A stretch of 64,000 nucleotides of DNA from Eledone cirrhosa (Eukaryota): NCBI GenBank assembly GCA_964016885.1, contig OZ024744.1:620001-684000 (forward strand). The letters are read 5' to 3'. Shown here piece after piece: positions 27,401-39,900 of this stretch; position 1 is the stretch's first letter, and every line of letters starts with the position of its first letter. The notes under the pieces are model-generated. The model had not been told where the DNA came from. It did not search any database and saw nothing but the letters and a program-made list of their open reading frames with translations. Both the position numbers and the translations under genes were made by a program.

Positions 27401-30400
27401 GGGGGAAGACAATCTAGAGAAAGATAGGTTGGTGAAGAACGAAGTTTTGAGGGAAGACAAGGTAGAGAAAGATAGCTTGGTGAAGAACGAAGTTTTGGGG
27501 GAAGACAAGGTAGAGAAAGATAGCTTGGTGAAGAACGACGTTTTGAGGGAAGACAAGGTATAGAAAGATAGCTTGGTGAAGAACGACGTTTTCGGGGAAG
27601 AAAAGGTAGAGAAAGATAGCTTGGTGAAGAACAAAGTTTTGGGGGAAGACAAGGTAGAGAAAGATAGCTTGGTGAAGAACGAAGTATTGAGGGAAGACTC
27701 GGTAGAGAAAGATAGCTTGGTGAAGAACGAAGTTTTGGGGGAAGACAAGGTAGAGAAAGATAGCTTGGTGAAGAACGAAGTTTTGAGGGATGACAAAGTA
27801 GAGAAAGATAGCTTGGTGAAGAACGAAGTTTTGGGGGAAGACAAGGTAGAGAAAGATAGCTTGATGAAGAACGAAGTTTTGGGGGAAGACAAGGAAGAGA
27901 AAGATAGCTTGGTGAAGAACGAAGTTTTGAGGGAAGACAAGGTAGAGAAAGATAGCTTGGTGAAGAACGAAGTTTTGGGGGAAGACAAGGTAGAGAAAGA
28001 TAGCTTGGTGAAGAACGAAGTTTTGCGGGAAGACAAGGTAGAGAAATATAGCTCGGTGAAGAACGAAGTTTTGAGGGAAGACAAGGTAGAGAAAGATAGC
28101 TTGGTGAAGAACGAAGTTTTGGGGGAAGACAAGGTAGAGAAAGATAGCTTGGTCAAGAACGAAGTTTTGGGGAAGACAAGGTAGAGAAAGATAGCTTGGT
28201 GAAGAACGAAGTTATGAGGGAAGACAGGGTAGAGAAAGATAGTTGGTGAAGAACGAAGTTTTGGGGGAAGACAAGGTAGAGAAAGATAGCTTGGTGAAGA
28301 ACGAAGTTTTGAGGGAAGACAAGGTAGAGAAAGATAGCTTGATGAAGAACGAAGTTTTGAGGGAAGACAAGGTAGAGAAAGATAGCTTGGTGAAGAACGA
28401 AGTATTGAGGGAAGACTAGGTAGAGAAAGATAGCTTGGTGAAGAACGAAGTTTGAGGGAAGACAAGGTAGAGAAAGATAGCTTGGTGAAGAACGAAGTTT
28501 GAGGGAAGACAAGGTAGAGAAAGATAGCTTGGTGAAGAACGAAGTTTTGACGGAAGACAAGGTAGAGAAATATAGCTTGATGAAGAACGAAGTTTTGAGG
28601 GAAGACAAGGTAGAGAAAGATAGGTTGATGAAGAACGAAGTTTGGGGGCAGATAAGGTAGAGAAAGATAGCTTGGTGAAGAACGAAGTTTTGAGCGAAGA
28701 CAAGGTAGAGAAAGATAGCTTGGTGAAGAACGAAGTTTTGGGGGAAGACAAGGTAGAGAAAGATAGCTTGGTGAAGAACGAAGTTTTGGGGGAAGACAAG
28801 GTAGAGAAAGATAGCTTGGTGAAGAACGAAGTTCTGGGGGAAGACAAGGTAGAGAAAGATAGCTTGGTGAAGAACGAGGTTTTGAGGGAAGACAAGGTAG
28901 AGAAAGATAGTTGGTGAAGAACGAAGTTTTGAGGGAAGACAAGGTAGAGAAAGATAGCTTGGTGAAGAACGACGGTTTGAGGGAAGACAAGGTAGAGAAA
29001 GATAGCTTGGTGAAGAACGACGTTTTGAGGGAAGACAAGGTAGAGAAAGATACGTTGGTGAAGAACGAAGTTTTGGGGGAAGACAAGGTAGAGAAAGATA
29101 GCTTGATGAAGTACGAAGTTTTGGGGGAAGACAAGGTAGAGAAAGATAGCTTGGTGAAGAACGACGTTTTGTGGGAAGACAAGGTAGAGAAACATAGTTG
29201 GTGAAGAACGAAGTTTTGAGGGAAGACAAGGTAGAGAAAGATAGCTTGGTGAAGAACGAAGTTTTGAGGGAAGACAAGGTAGAGAAAGATAGCTTGGTGA
29301 AGAACGAAGTTTTGGGGGAAGACAATCTAGAGAAAGATAGCTTGGTGAAGAACGAAGTTTTGAGGGAAGACAAGGTAGAGAAAGATAGCTTGGTGTAGAA
29401 CGAAGTTTTGGGGGAAGACAAGGTAGAGAAAGATAGCTTGGTGAAGAACGAAGTTTTGAGGGAAGACAAGGTAGAGAAAGATAGTTGGTGAAGAACGAAG
29501 TTTTGAGGGAAGACAAGGTAGAGAAAGATAGCTTGGTGAAGAACGACGTTTTGAGGGAAGACAAGGTAGAGAAAGATAGCTTGGTGAAGAACGAAGTTTT
29601 GGGGGAAGACAAGGTAGAGAAAGATAGCTTGATGAAGTACGAAGTTTTGGGGGAAGACAAGGTAGAGAAAGATAGCTTGGTGAAGAACGACGTTTTGTGG
29701 GAAGACAAGGTAGAGAAACATAGTTGGTGAAGAACGAAGTTTTGAGGGAAGACAAGGTAGAGAAAGATAGCTTGATGAAGTACGAAGTTTTGGGGGAAGA
29801 CAAGGTAGAGAAAGATAGCTTGGTGAAGAACGAAGTTTTGAGGGAAGACAAGGTAGAGAAAGATAGCTTGGTGAAGAACGAAGTTTTGAGGGGAGACAAA
29901 GTATAGAAAGATAGCTTGGTGAAGAACGAAGTTTTGGGGGAAGACAATGTAGAGAAAGATAGCTTGATGAAGAACGAAGTTTTGGGGAAGACAAGGTAGA
30001 GAAAGATAGCTTGGTGAAGAACGAAGTTTTGAGGGAAGACAAGGTAGAGAAAGATAGCTTGGTGAAGAACGAAGTTTTGGGGGAAGACAAGGTAGAGAAA
30101 GATAGCTTGGTGAAGAACGAAGTTTTGAGGGAAGACAAGGTAGAGAAAGATAGCTTGGTGAAGAACGAAGTTTTGGGGGAAGACAAGGTAGAGAAAGATA
30201 GCTTGGTGAAGAACGAAGTTTTGAGGGAAGACAAGGTAGAGAAAGATAGTTGGTAAAGAACGAAGTTTTGAGGGAAGACAAGGTAGAGAAAGATAGCTTG
30301 GTGAAGAACGACGTTTTGAGGGAAGACAAGGTATAGAAAGATAGCTTGGTGAAGAACGACGTTTTCGGGGAAGAAAAGGTAGAGAAAGATAGCTTGGTGA

Positions 30401-31990
30401 AGAACAAAGTTTTGGGGGAAGACAAGGTAGAGAAAGATAGCTTGGTGAAGAACGAAGTATTGAGGGAAGACTCGGTAGAGAAAGATAGCTTGGTGAAGAA
30501 CGAAGTTTTGGGGGAAGACAAGGTAGAGAAAGATAGCTTGGTGAAGAACGAAGTTTTGAGGGATGACAAAGTAGAGAAAGATAGCTTGGTGAAGAACGAA
30601 GTTTTGGGGGAAGACAAGGTAGAGAAAGATAGCTTGATGAAGAACGAAGTTTTGGGGGAAGACAAGGAAGAGAAAGATAGCTTGGTGAAGAACGAAGTTT
30701 TGAGGGAAGACAAGGTAGAGAAAGATAGCTTGGTGAAGAACGAAGTTTTGGGGGAAGACAAGGTAGAGAAAGATAGCTTGGTGAAGAACGAAGTTTTGCG
30801 GGAAGACAAGGTAGAGAAATATAGCTCGGTGAAGAACGGAGTTTTGAGGGAAGACAAGGTAGAGAAAGATAGCTTGGTGAAGAACGAAGTTTTGGGAGAA
30901 GACAAGGTAGAGAAAGATAGCTTGGTGAAGAACGAAGTTTTGGGGAAGACAAGGTAGAGAAAGATAGCTTGGTGAAGAACGAAGTTATGAGGGAAGACAG
31001 GGTAGAGAAAGATAGTTGGTGAAGAACGAAGTTTTGAGGGAAGACAAGGTAGAGAAAGATAGCTTGGTGAAGAACGACGTTTTGAGGGAAGACAAGGTAG
31101 AGAAGGATAGCTTGGTGAAGAACGAAGTTTTGGGGGAAGACAATCTAGAGAAAGATAGGTTGGTGAAGAACGAAGTTTTGAGGGAGGACAAGGTAGAGAA
31201 AGATAGCTTGGTGAAGAACGAAGTTTTGGGGGAAGACAAGGTAGAGAAAGATAGCTTGGTGAAGAACGACGTTTTGAGGGAAGACAAGGTATAGAAAGAT
31301 AGCTTGGTGAAGAACGACGTTTTCGGGGAAGAAAAGGTAGAGAAAGATAGCTTGGTGAAGAACAAAGTTTTGGGGGAAGACAAGGTAGAGAAAGATAGCT
31401 TGGTGAAGAACGAAGTATTGAGGGAAGACTCGGTAGAGAAAGATAGCTTGGTGAAGAACGAAGTTTTGGGGGAAGACAAGGTAGAGAAAGATAGCTTGGT
31501 GAAGAACGAAGTTTTGAGGGATGACAAAGTAGAGAAAGATAGCTTGGTGAAGAACGAAGTTTTGGGGGAAGACAAGGTAGAGAAAGATAGCTTGATGAAG
31601 AACGAAGTTTTGGGGGAAGACAAGGAAGAGAAAGATAGCTTGGTGAAGAACGAAGTTTTGAGGGAAGACAAGGTAGAGAAAGATAGCTTGGTGAAGAACG
31701 AAGTTTTGGGGGAAGACAAGGTAGAGAAAGATAGCTTGGTGAAGAACGAAGTTTTGCGGGAAGACAAGGTAGAGAAATATAGCTCGGTGAAGAACGAAGT
31801 TTTGAGGGAAGACAAGGTAGAGAAAGATAGCTTGGTGAAGAACGAAGTTTTGGGGGAAGACAAGGTAGAGAAAGATAGCTTGGTGAAGAACGAAGTTTTG
31901 GGGAAGACAAGGTAGAGAAAGATAGCTTGGTGAAGAACGAAGTTATGAGGGAAGACAGGGTAGAGAAAGATAGTTGGTGAAGAACGAAGT
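24500..31990. repeat. Tandem duplication of about 3.75 kb containing a nested 958-bp duplication
   Basis: Offset 3779 at 24863/28642, 25132/28911, 25419/29198 and 25706/29485, then 3731 at 26280/30011, 26615/30346, 27285/31016 and 27573/31304. Internal offset 958 at 26615/27573 and 30346/31304. Confidence 0.9.
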
Positions 31991-33589
31991 TTTGAGGGAA
32001 GACAAGGTAGAGAAAGATAGCTTGGTGAAGAACGACGTTTTGAGGGAAGACAAGGTAGAGAAAGATAGCTTGGTGAAGAACGAAGTTTTGGGGGAAGACA
32101 ATCTAGAGAAAGATAGGTTGGTGAAGAACGAAGTTTTGAGGGAAGACAAGGTAGAGAAAGATAGCTTGGTGAAGAACGAAGTTTTGGGGGAAGACAAGGT
32201 AGAGAAAGATAGCTTGGTGAAGAACGAAGTTTTGAGGGAAGACAAGGTAGAGAAGGATAGTTGGTGAAGAACGAAGTTTTGAGTGAAGACAAGGTAGAGA
32301 AAGATAGCTTGGTGAAGAACGACGTTTTGAGGGAAGACAAGGTAGAGAAAGATAGCTTGGTGAAGAACGAAGTTTTGGGGGAAGACAAGGTAGAGAAAGA
32401 TAGCTTGATGAAGTACGAAGTTTTGGGGGAAGACAAGGTAGAGAAAGATAGCTTGGTGAAGAACGACGTTTTGTGGGAAGACAAGGTAGAGAAACATAGT
32501 TGGTGAAGAACGAAGTTTTGAGGGAAGACAAGGTAGAGAAAGATAGCTTGATGAAGTACGAAGTTTTGGGGGAAGACAAGGTAGAGAAAGATAGCTTGGT
32601 GAAGAACGAAGTTTTGAGGGAAGACAAGGTAGAGAAAGATAGCTTGGTGAAGAACGAAGTTTTGAGGGAAGACAAGGTAGAGAAAGATAGCTTGGTGAAG
32701 AACGAAGTTTTGAGGGGAGACAAAGTATAGAAAGATAGCTTGGTGAAGAACGAAGTTTTGGGGGAAGACAATGTAGAGAAAGATAGCTTGGTGAAGAACG
32801 AAGTTTTGAGGGAAGACAAGGTAGAGAAAGATAGCTTGGTGAAGAACGAAGTTTTGGGGGAAGACAAGGTAGAGAAAGATAGCCTGGTGAAGAACGAAGT
32901 TTTGAGGGAAGACAAGGTAGAGAAAGATAGCTTGGTGAAGAACGAAGTTTTGGGGGAAGACAAGGTAGAGAAAGATAGCTTGGTGAAGAACGAAGTTTTG
33001 AGGGAAGACAAGGTAGAGAAAGATAGTTGGTAAAGAACGAAGTTTTGAAGGAAGACAAGGTAGAGAAAGATAGCTTGGTGAAGAACGACGTTTTGAGGGA
33101 AGACAAGGTATAGAAAGATAGCTTGGTGAAGAACGACGTTTTCGGGGAAGAAAAGGTAGAGAAAGATAGCTTGGTGAAGAACAAAGTTTTGGGGGAAGAC
33201 AAGGTTGAGAAAGATAGCTTGGTGAAGAACGAAGTATTGAGGGAAGACACGGTAGAGAAAGATAGCTTGGTGAAGAACGAAGTTTTGAGGGAAGACAAGG
33301 TAGAGAAAGATAGCTTGGTGAAGAACGAGGTTTTGAGGGAAGACAATGTAGAGAAAGATAGCTTGGTGAAGAACGAAGTTTTGGGGGAAGACAAGGTAGA
33401 GAAAGATAGCTTGGTGAAGAACGAAGTTTTGGGGGATGACAAAGTAGAGAAAGATAGCTTGGTGAAGAACGAAGTTTTGCGGGAAGACAAGGTAGAGAAA
33501 GATAGCTTGATGAAGAACGAAGTTTTGGGGGAAGACAAGGAAGAGAAAGATAGCTTGGTGAAGAACGAAGTTTTGAGGGAAGACAAGGT

Positions 33590-36500
33590 AGAGAAAGATA
33601 GCTTGGTGAAGAACGAAGTTTTGGGGGAAGACAAGGTAGAGAAAGATAGCTTGGTGAAGAACGAAGTTTTGCGGGAAGACAAGGTAGAGAAATATAGCTC
33701 GGTGAAGAACGAAGTTTTGAGGGAAGACAAGGTAGAGAAAGATAGCTTGGTGAAGAACGAAGTTTTGAGGAAGACAAGGTAGAGAAAGATAGCTTGGTGA
33801 AGAACGAAGTTATGAGGGAAGACAAGGTAGAGAAAGATAGTTGGTGAAGAACGAAGTTTTGAGGGAAGACAAGGTAGAGAAAGATAGCTTGGTGAAGAAC
33901 GACGTTTTGAGGGAAGACAAGGTAGAGAAAGATAGCTTGGTGAAGAACGAAGTTTTGGGGGAAGACAAGGTAGAGAAAGATAGCTTGATGAAGTACGAAG
34001 TTTTGGGGGAAGACAAGGTAGAGAAAGATAGCTTGGTGAAGAACGACGTTTTGTGGGAAGACAAGGTAGAGAAACATAGTTGGTGAAGAACGAAGTTTTG
34101 AGGGAAGACAAGGTAGAGAAAGATAGCTTGATGAAGAACGAAGTTTTGAGGGAAGACAAGGTAGAGAAAGATAGCTTGGTGAAGAACGAAGTTTTGAGGG
34201 AAGACAAGGTAGAGAAACATAGCTTGATGAAGAACGAAGTTTTGAGGGAAGACAAGGTAGAGAAAGATAGCTTGATGAAGTACGAAGTTTTGGGGGAAGA
34301 CAAGGTAGAGAAAGATAGCTTGGTGAAGAACGAAGTTTTGAGGGAAGACAAGGTAGAGAAAGATAGCTTGATGAAGAACGAAGTTTTGAGGGAAGACAAG
34401 GTAGAGAAAGATAGCTTGGTGAAGAACGAAGTTTTGAGGGAAGACAAAGTATAGAAAGATAGCTTGGTGAAGAACGAAGTTTTGGGGGAAGACAATGTAG
34501 AGAAAGATAGCTTGATGAAGAACGAAGTTTTGGGGGAAGACAAGGTAGAGAAAGATAGCTTGGTGAAGAACGAAGTTTTGAGGGAAGACAAGGTAGAGAA
34601 AGATAGCTTGGTGAAGAACGAAGTTTTGAGGGGAGACAAAGTATAGAAAGATAGCTTGGTGAAGAACGAAGTTTTGGGGGAAGACAATGTAGAGAAATAT
34701 AGCTTGGTGAAGAACGAAGTTTTGGGGAAGACAAGGTAGAGAAAGATAGCTTGGTGAAGAACGAAGTTTTGAGGGAAGACAAGGTAGAGAAAGATAGCTT
34801 GGTGAAGAACGAAGTTTTGGGGGAAGACAAGGTAGAGAAAGATAGCTTGGTGAAGAACGAAGTTTTGAGGGAAGACAAGGTAGAGAAAGATAGCTTGGTG
34901 AAGAACGAAGTTTTGGGGGAAGACAAGGTAGAGAAAGATAGCTTGGTGAAGAACGAAGTTTTGAGGGAAGACAAGGTAGAGAAAGATAGTTGGTAAAGAA
35001 CGACGTTTTGAGGGAAGACAAGGTAGAGAAAGATAGCTTGGTGAAGAACGAAGTTTTGGGAGAAGACAAGGTAGAGAAAGATAGCTTGGTGAAGAACGAA
35101 GTTTTGGGGAAGACAAGGTAGAGAAAGATAGCTTGGTGAAGAACGAAGTTATGAGGGAAGACAGGGTAGAGAAAGATAGTTGGTGAAGAACGAAGTTTTG
35201 GGGGAAGACAAGGAAGAGAAAGATAGCTTGGTGAAGAACGAAGTTTTGGGGGAAGACAAGGTAGAGAAAGATAGCTTGGTGAAGAACGAAGTTTTGGGGG
35301 AAGACAAGGTAGAGAAAGATAGCTTGGTGAAGAACGAAGTTTTGCGGGAAGACAAGGTAGAGAAATATAGCTCGGTGAAGAACGAAGTTTTGAGGGAAGA
35401 CAAGGTAGAGAAAGATAGCTTGGTGAAGAACGAAGTTTTGAGGAAGACAAGGTAGAGAAAGATAGCTTGGTGAAGAACGAAGTTATGAGGGAAGACAAGG
35501 TAGAGAAAGATAGTTGGTGAAGAACGAAGTTTTGAGGGAAGACAAGGTAGAGAAAGATAGCTTGGTGAAGAACGACGTTTTGAGGGAAGACAAGGTAGAG
35601 AAAGATAGCTTGGTGAAGAACGAAGTTTTGGGGGAAGACAAGGTAGAGAAAGATAGCTTGATGAAGTACGAAGTTTTGGGGGAAGACAAGGTAGAGAAAG
35701 ATAGCTTGGTGAAGAACGACGTTTTGTGGGAAGACAAGGTAGAGAAACATAGTTGGTGAAGAACGAAGTTTTGAGGGAAGACAAGGTAGAGAAAGATAGC
35801 TTGATGAAGAACGAAGTTTTGAGGGAAGACAAGGTAGAGAAAGATAGCTTGGTGAAGAACGAAGTTTTGAGGGAAGACAAGGTAGAGAAACATAGCTTGA
35901 TGAAGAACGAAGTTTTGAGGGAAGACAAGGTAGAGAAAGATAGCTTGATGAAGTACGAAGTTTTGGGGGAAGACAAGGTAGAGAAAGATAGCTTGGTGAA
36001 GAACGAAGTTTTGAGGGAAGACAAGGTAGAGAAAGATAGCTTGATGAAGAACGAAGTTTTGAGGGAAGACAAGGTAGAGAAAGATAGCTTGGTGAAGAAC
36101 GAAGTTTTGAGGGAAGACAAAGTATAGAAAGATAGCTTGGTGAAGAACGAAGTTTTGGGGGAAGACAATGTAGAGAAAGATAGCTTGATGAAGAACGAAG
36201 TTTTGGGGGAAGACAAGGTAGAGAAAGATAGCTTGGTGAAGAACGAAGTTTTGAGGGAAGACAAGGTAGAGAAAGATAGCTTGGTGAAGAACGAAGTTTT
36301 GAGGGGAGACAAAGTATAGAAAGATAGCTTGGTGAAGAACGAAGTTTTGGGGGAAGACAATGTAGAGAAATATAGCTTGGTGAAGAACGAAGTTTTGGGG
36401 AAGACAAGGTAGAGAAAGATAGCTTGGTGAAGAACGAAGTTTTGAGGGAAGACAAGGTAGAGAAAGATAGCTTGGTGAAGAACGAAGTTTTGGGGGAAGA

Positions 36501-36860
36501 CAAGGTAGAGAAAGATAGCTTGGTGAAGAACGAAGTTTTGAGGGAAGACAAGGTAGAGAAAGATAGCTTGGTGAAGAACGAAGTTTTGGGGGAAGACAAG
36601 GTAGAGAAAGATAGCTTGGTGAAGAACGAAGTTTTGAGGGAAGACAAGGTAGAGAAAGATAGTTGGTAAAGAACGACGTTTTGAGGGAAGACAAGGTAGA
36701 GAAAGATAGCTTGGTGAAGAACGAAGTTTTGGGAGAAGACAAGGTAGAGAAAGATAGCTTGGTGAAGAACGAAGTTTTGGGGAAGACAAGGTAGAGAAAG
36801 ATAGCTTGGTGAAGAACGAAGTTATGAGGGAAGACAGGGTAGAGAAAGATAGTTGGTGAA
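33590..36860. repeat. Tandem higher-order duplication, 1673-bp period (35 monomers)
   Basis: Pairs 33841/35514, 34080/35753, 34464/36137, 34751/36424 and 35149/36822 all have offset 1673. Confidence 0.9.
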
Positions 36861-36999
36861 GAACGAAGTTTTGAGGGAAGACAAGGTAGAGAAAGATAGC
36901 TTGGTGAAGAACGACGTTTTGAGGGAAGACAAGGTAGAGAAAGATAGCTTGGTGAAGAACGAAGTTTTGGGGGAAGACAATCTAGAGAAAGATAGGTTG

Positions 37000-39900
37000 G
37001 TGAAGAACGAAGTTTTGAGGGAAGACAAGGTAGAGAAAGATAGCTTGGTGAAGAACGAAGTTTTGGGGGAAGACAAGGTAGAGAAAGATAGCTTGGTGAA
37101 GAACGACGTTTTGAGGGAAGACAAGGTATAGAAAGATAGCTTGGTGAAGAACGACGTTTTCGGGGAAGAAAAGGTAGAGAAAGATAGCTTGGTGAAGAAC
37201 AAAGTTTTGGGGGAAGACAAGGTAGAGAAAGATAGCTTGGTGAAGAACGAAGTATTGAGGGAAGACTCGGTAGAGAAAGATAGCTTGGTGAAGAACGAAG
37301 TTTTGGGGGAAGACAAGGTAGAGAAAGATAGCTTGGTGAAGAACGAAGTTTTGAGGGATGACAAAGTAGAGAAAGATAGCTTGGTGAAGAACGAAGTTTT
37401 GAGGGAAGACAAGGTAGAGAAAGATAGCTTGATGAAGAACGAAGTTTTGGGGGAAGACAAGGAAGAGAAAGATAGCTTGGTGAAGAACGAAGTTTTGAGG
37501 GAAGACAAGGTAGAGAAAGATAGCTTGGTGAAGAACGAAGTTTTGGGGGAAGACAAGGTAGAGAAAGATAGCTTGGTGAAGAACGAAGTTTTGCGGGAAG
37601 ACAAGGTAGAGAAATATAGCTCGGTGAAGAACGAAGTTTTGAGGGAAGACAAGGTAGAGAAAGATAGCTTGGTGAAGAACGAAGTTTTGGGGGAAGACAA
37701 GGTAGAGAAAGATAGCTTGGTGAAGAACGAAGTTTTGGGGAAGACAAGGTAGAGAAAGATAGCTTGGTGAAGAACGAAGTTATGAGGGAAGACAGGGTAG
37801 AGAAAGATAGTTGGTGAAGAACGAAGTTTTGAGGGAAGACAAGGTAGAGAAAGATAGCTTGGTGAAGAACGACGTTTTGAGGGAAGACAAGGTAGAGAAA
37901 GATAGCTTGGTGAAGAACGAAGTTTTGGGGGAAGACAATCTAGAGAAAGATAGGTTGGTGAAGAACGAAGTTTTGAGGGAAGACAAGGTAGAGAAAGATA
38001 GCTTGGTGAAGAACGAAGTTTTGGGGGAAGACAAGGTAGAGAAAGATAGCTTGGTGAAGAACGAAGTTTTGAGGGAAGACAAGGTAGAGAAGGATAGTTG
38101 GTGAAGAACGAAGTTTTGAGGGAAGACAAGGTAGAGAAAGATAGCTTGGTGAAGAACGACGTTTTGAGGGAAGACAAGGTAGAGAAAGATAGCTTGGTGA
38201 AGAACGAAGTTTTGGGGGAAGACAAGGTAGAGAAAGATAGCTTGATGAAGTACGAAGTTTTGGGGGAAGACAAGGTAGAGAAAGATAGCTTGGTGAAGAA
38301 CGACGTTTTGTGGGAAGACAAGGTAGAGAAACATAGTTGGAGAAGAACGAAGTTTTGAGGGAAGACAAGGTAGAGAAAGATAGCTTGATGAAGTACGAAG
38401 TTTTGGGGGAAGACAAGGTAGAGAAAGATAGCTTGGTGAAGAACGAAGTTTTGAGGGAAGACAAGGTAGAGAAAGATAGCTTGATGAAGAACGAAGTTTT
38501 GAGGGAAGACAAGGTAGAGAAAGATAGCTTGGTGAAGAACGAAGTTTTGAGGGGAGACAAAGTATAGAAAGATAGCTTGGTGAAGAACGAAGTTTTGGGG
38601 GAAGACAATGTAGAGAAAGATAGCTTGATGAAGAACGAAGTTTTGGGGAAGACAAGGTAGAGAAAGATAGCTTGGTGAAGAACGAAGTTTTGGGGGAAGA
38701 CAAGGTAGAGAAAGATAGCTTGGTGAAGAACGAAGTTTTGAGGGAAGACAAGGTAGAGAAAGATAGCTTGGTGAAGAACGAAGTTTTGAGGGGAGACAAA
38801 GTATAGAAAGATAGCTTGGTGAAGAACGAGGTTTTGGGGGAAGACAATGTAGAGAAAGATAGCTTGGTGAAGAACGAAGTTTTGAGGGAAGACAAGGTAG
38901 AGAAAGATAGCTTGGTGAAGAACGAAGTTTTGGGGGAAGACAAGGTAGAGAAAGATAGCTTGGTGAAGAACGAAGTTTTGAGGGAAGACAAGGTAGAGAA
39001 AGATAGCTTGGTGAAGAACGAAGTTTTGGGGGAAGACAAGGTAGAGAAAGATAGCTTGGTGAAGAACGAAGTTTTGAGGGAAGACAAGGTAGAGAAAGAT
39101 AGTTGGTAAAGAACGAAGTTTTGAAGGAAGACAAGGTAGAGAAAGATAGCTTGGTGAAGAACGACGTTTTGAGGGAAGACAAGGTATAGAAAGATAGCTT
39201 GGTGAAGAACGACGTTTTCGGGGAAGAAAAGGTAGAGAATGATAGCTTGGTGAAGAACAAAGTTTTGGGGGAAGACAAGGTAGAGAAAGATAGCTTGGTG
39301 AAGAACGAAGTATTGAGGGAAGACACGGTAGAGAAAGATAGCTTGGTGAAGAACGAAGTTTTGAGGGAAGACAAGGTAGAGAAAGATAGCTTGGTGAAGA
39401 ACGAGGTTTTGAGGGAAGACAATGTAGAGAAAGATAGCTTGGTGAAGAACGAAGTTTTGGGGGAAGACAAGGTAGAGAAAGATAGCTTGGTGAAGAACGA
39501 AGTTTTGGGGGATGACAAAGTAGAGAAAGATAGCTTGGTGAAGAACGAAGTTTTGGGGGAAGACAAGGTAGAGAAAGATAGCTTGATGAAGAACGAAGTT
39601 TTGGGGGAAGACAAGGAAGAGAAAGATAGCTTGGTGAAGAACGAAGTTTTGAGGGAAGACAACTAGAGAAAGATAGCTTGGTGAAGAACGAAGTTTTGGG
39701 GGAAGACAAGGTAGAGAAAGATAGCTTGGTGAAGAACGAAGTTTTGCGGGAAGACAAGGTAGAGAAATATAGCTCGGTGAAGAACGAAGTTTTGAGGGAA
39801 GACAAGGTAGAGAAAGATAGCTTGGTGAAGAACGAAGTTTTGAGGAAGACAAGGTAGAGAAAGATAGCTTGGTGAAGAACGAAGTTATGAGGGAAGACAA

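Noticed and set aside
39655-39670. Unique GACAACTAGAG unit as a possible insertion scar
   Set aside because: It is a single 47-bp variant with no foreign sequence or target-site duplication, so most likely a point event or error.
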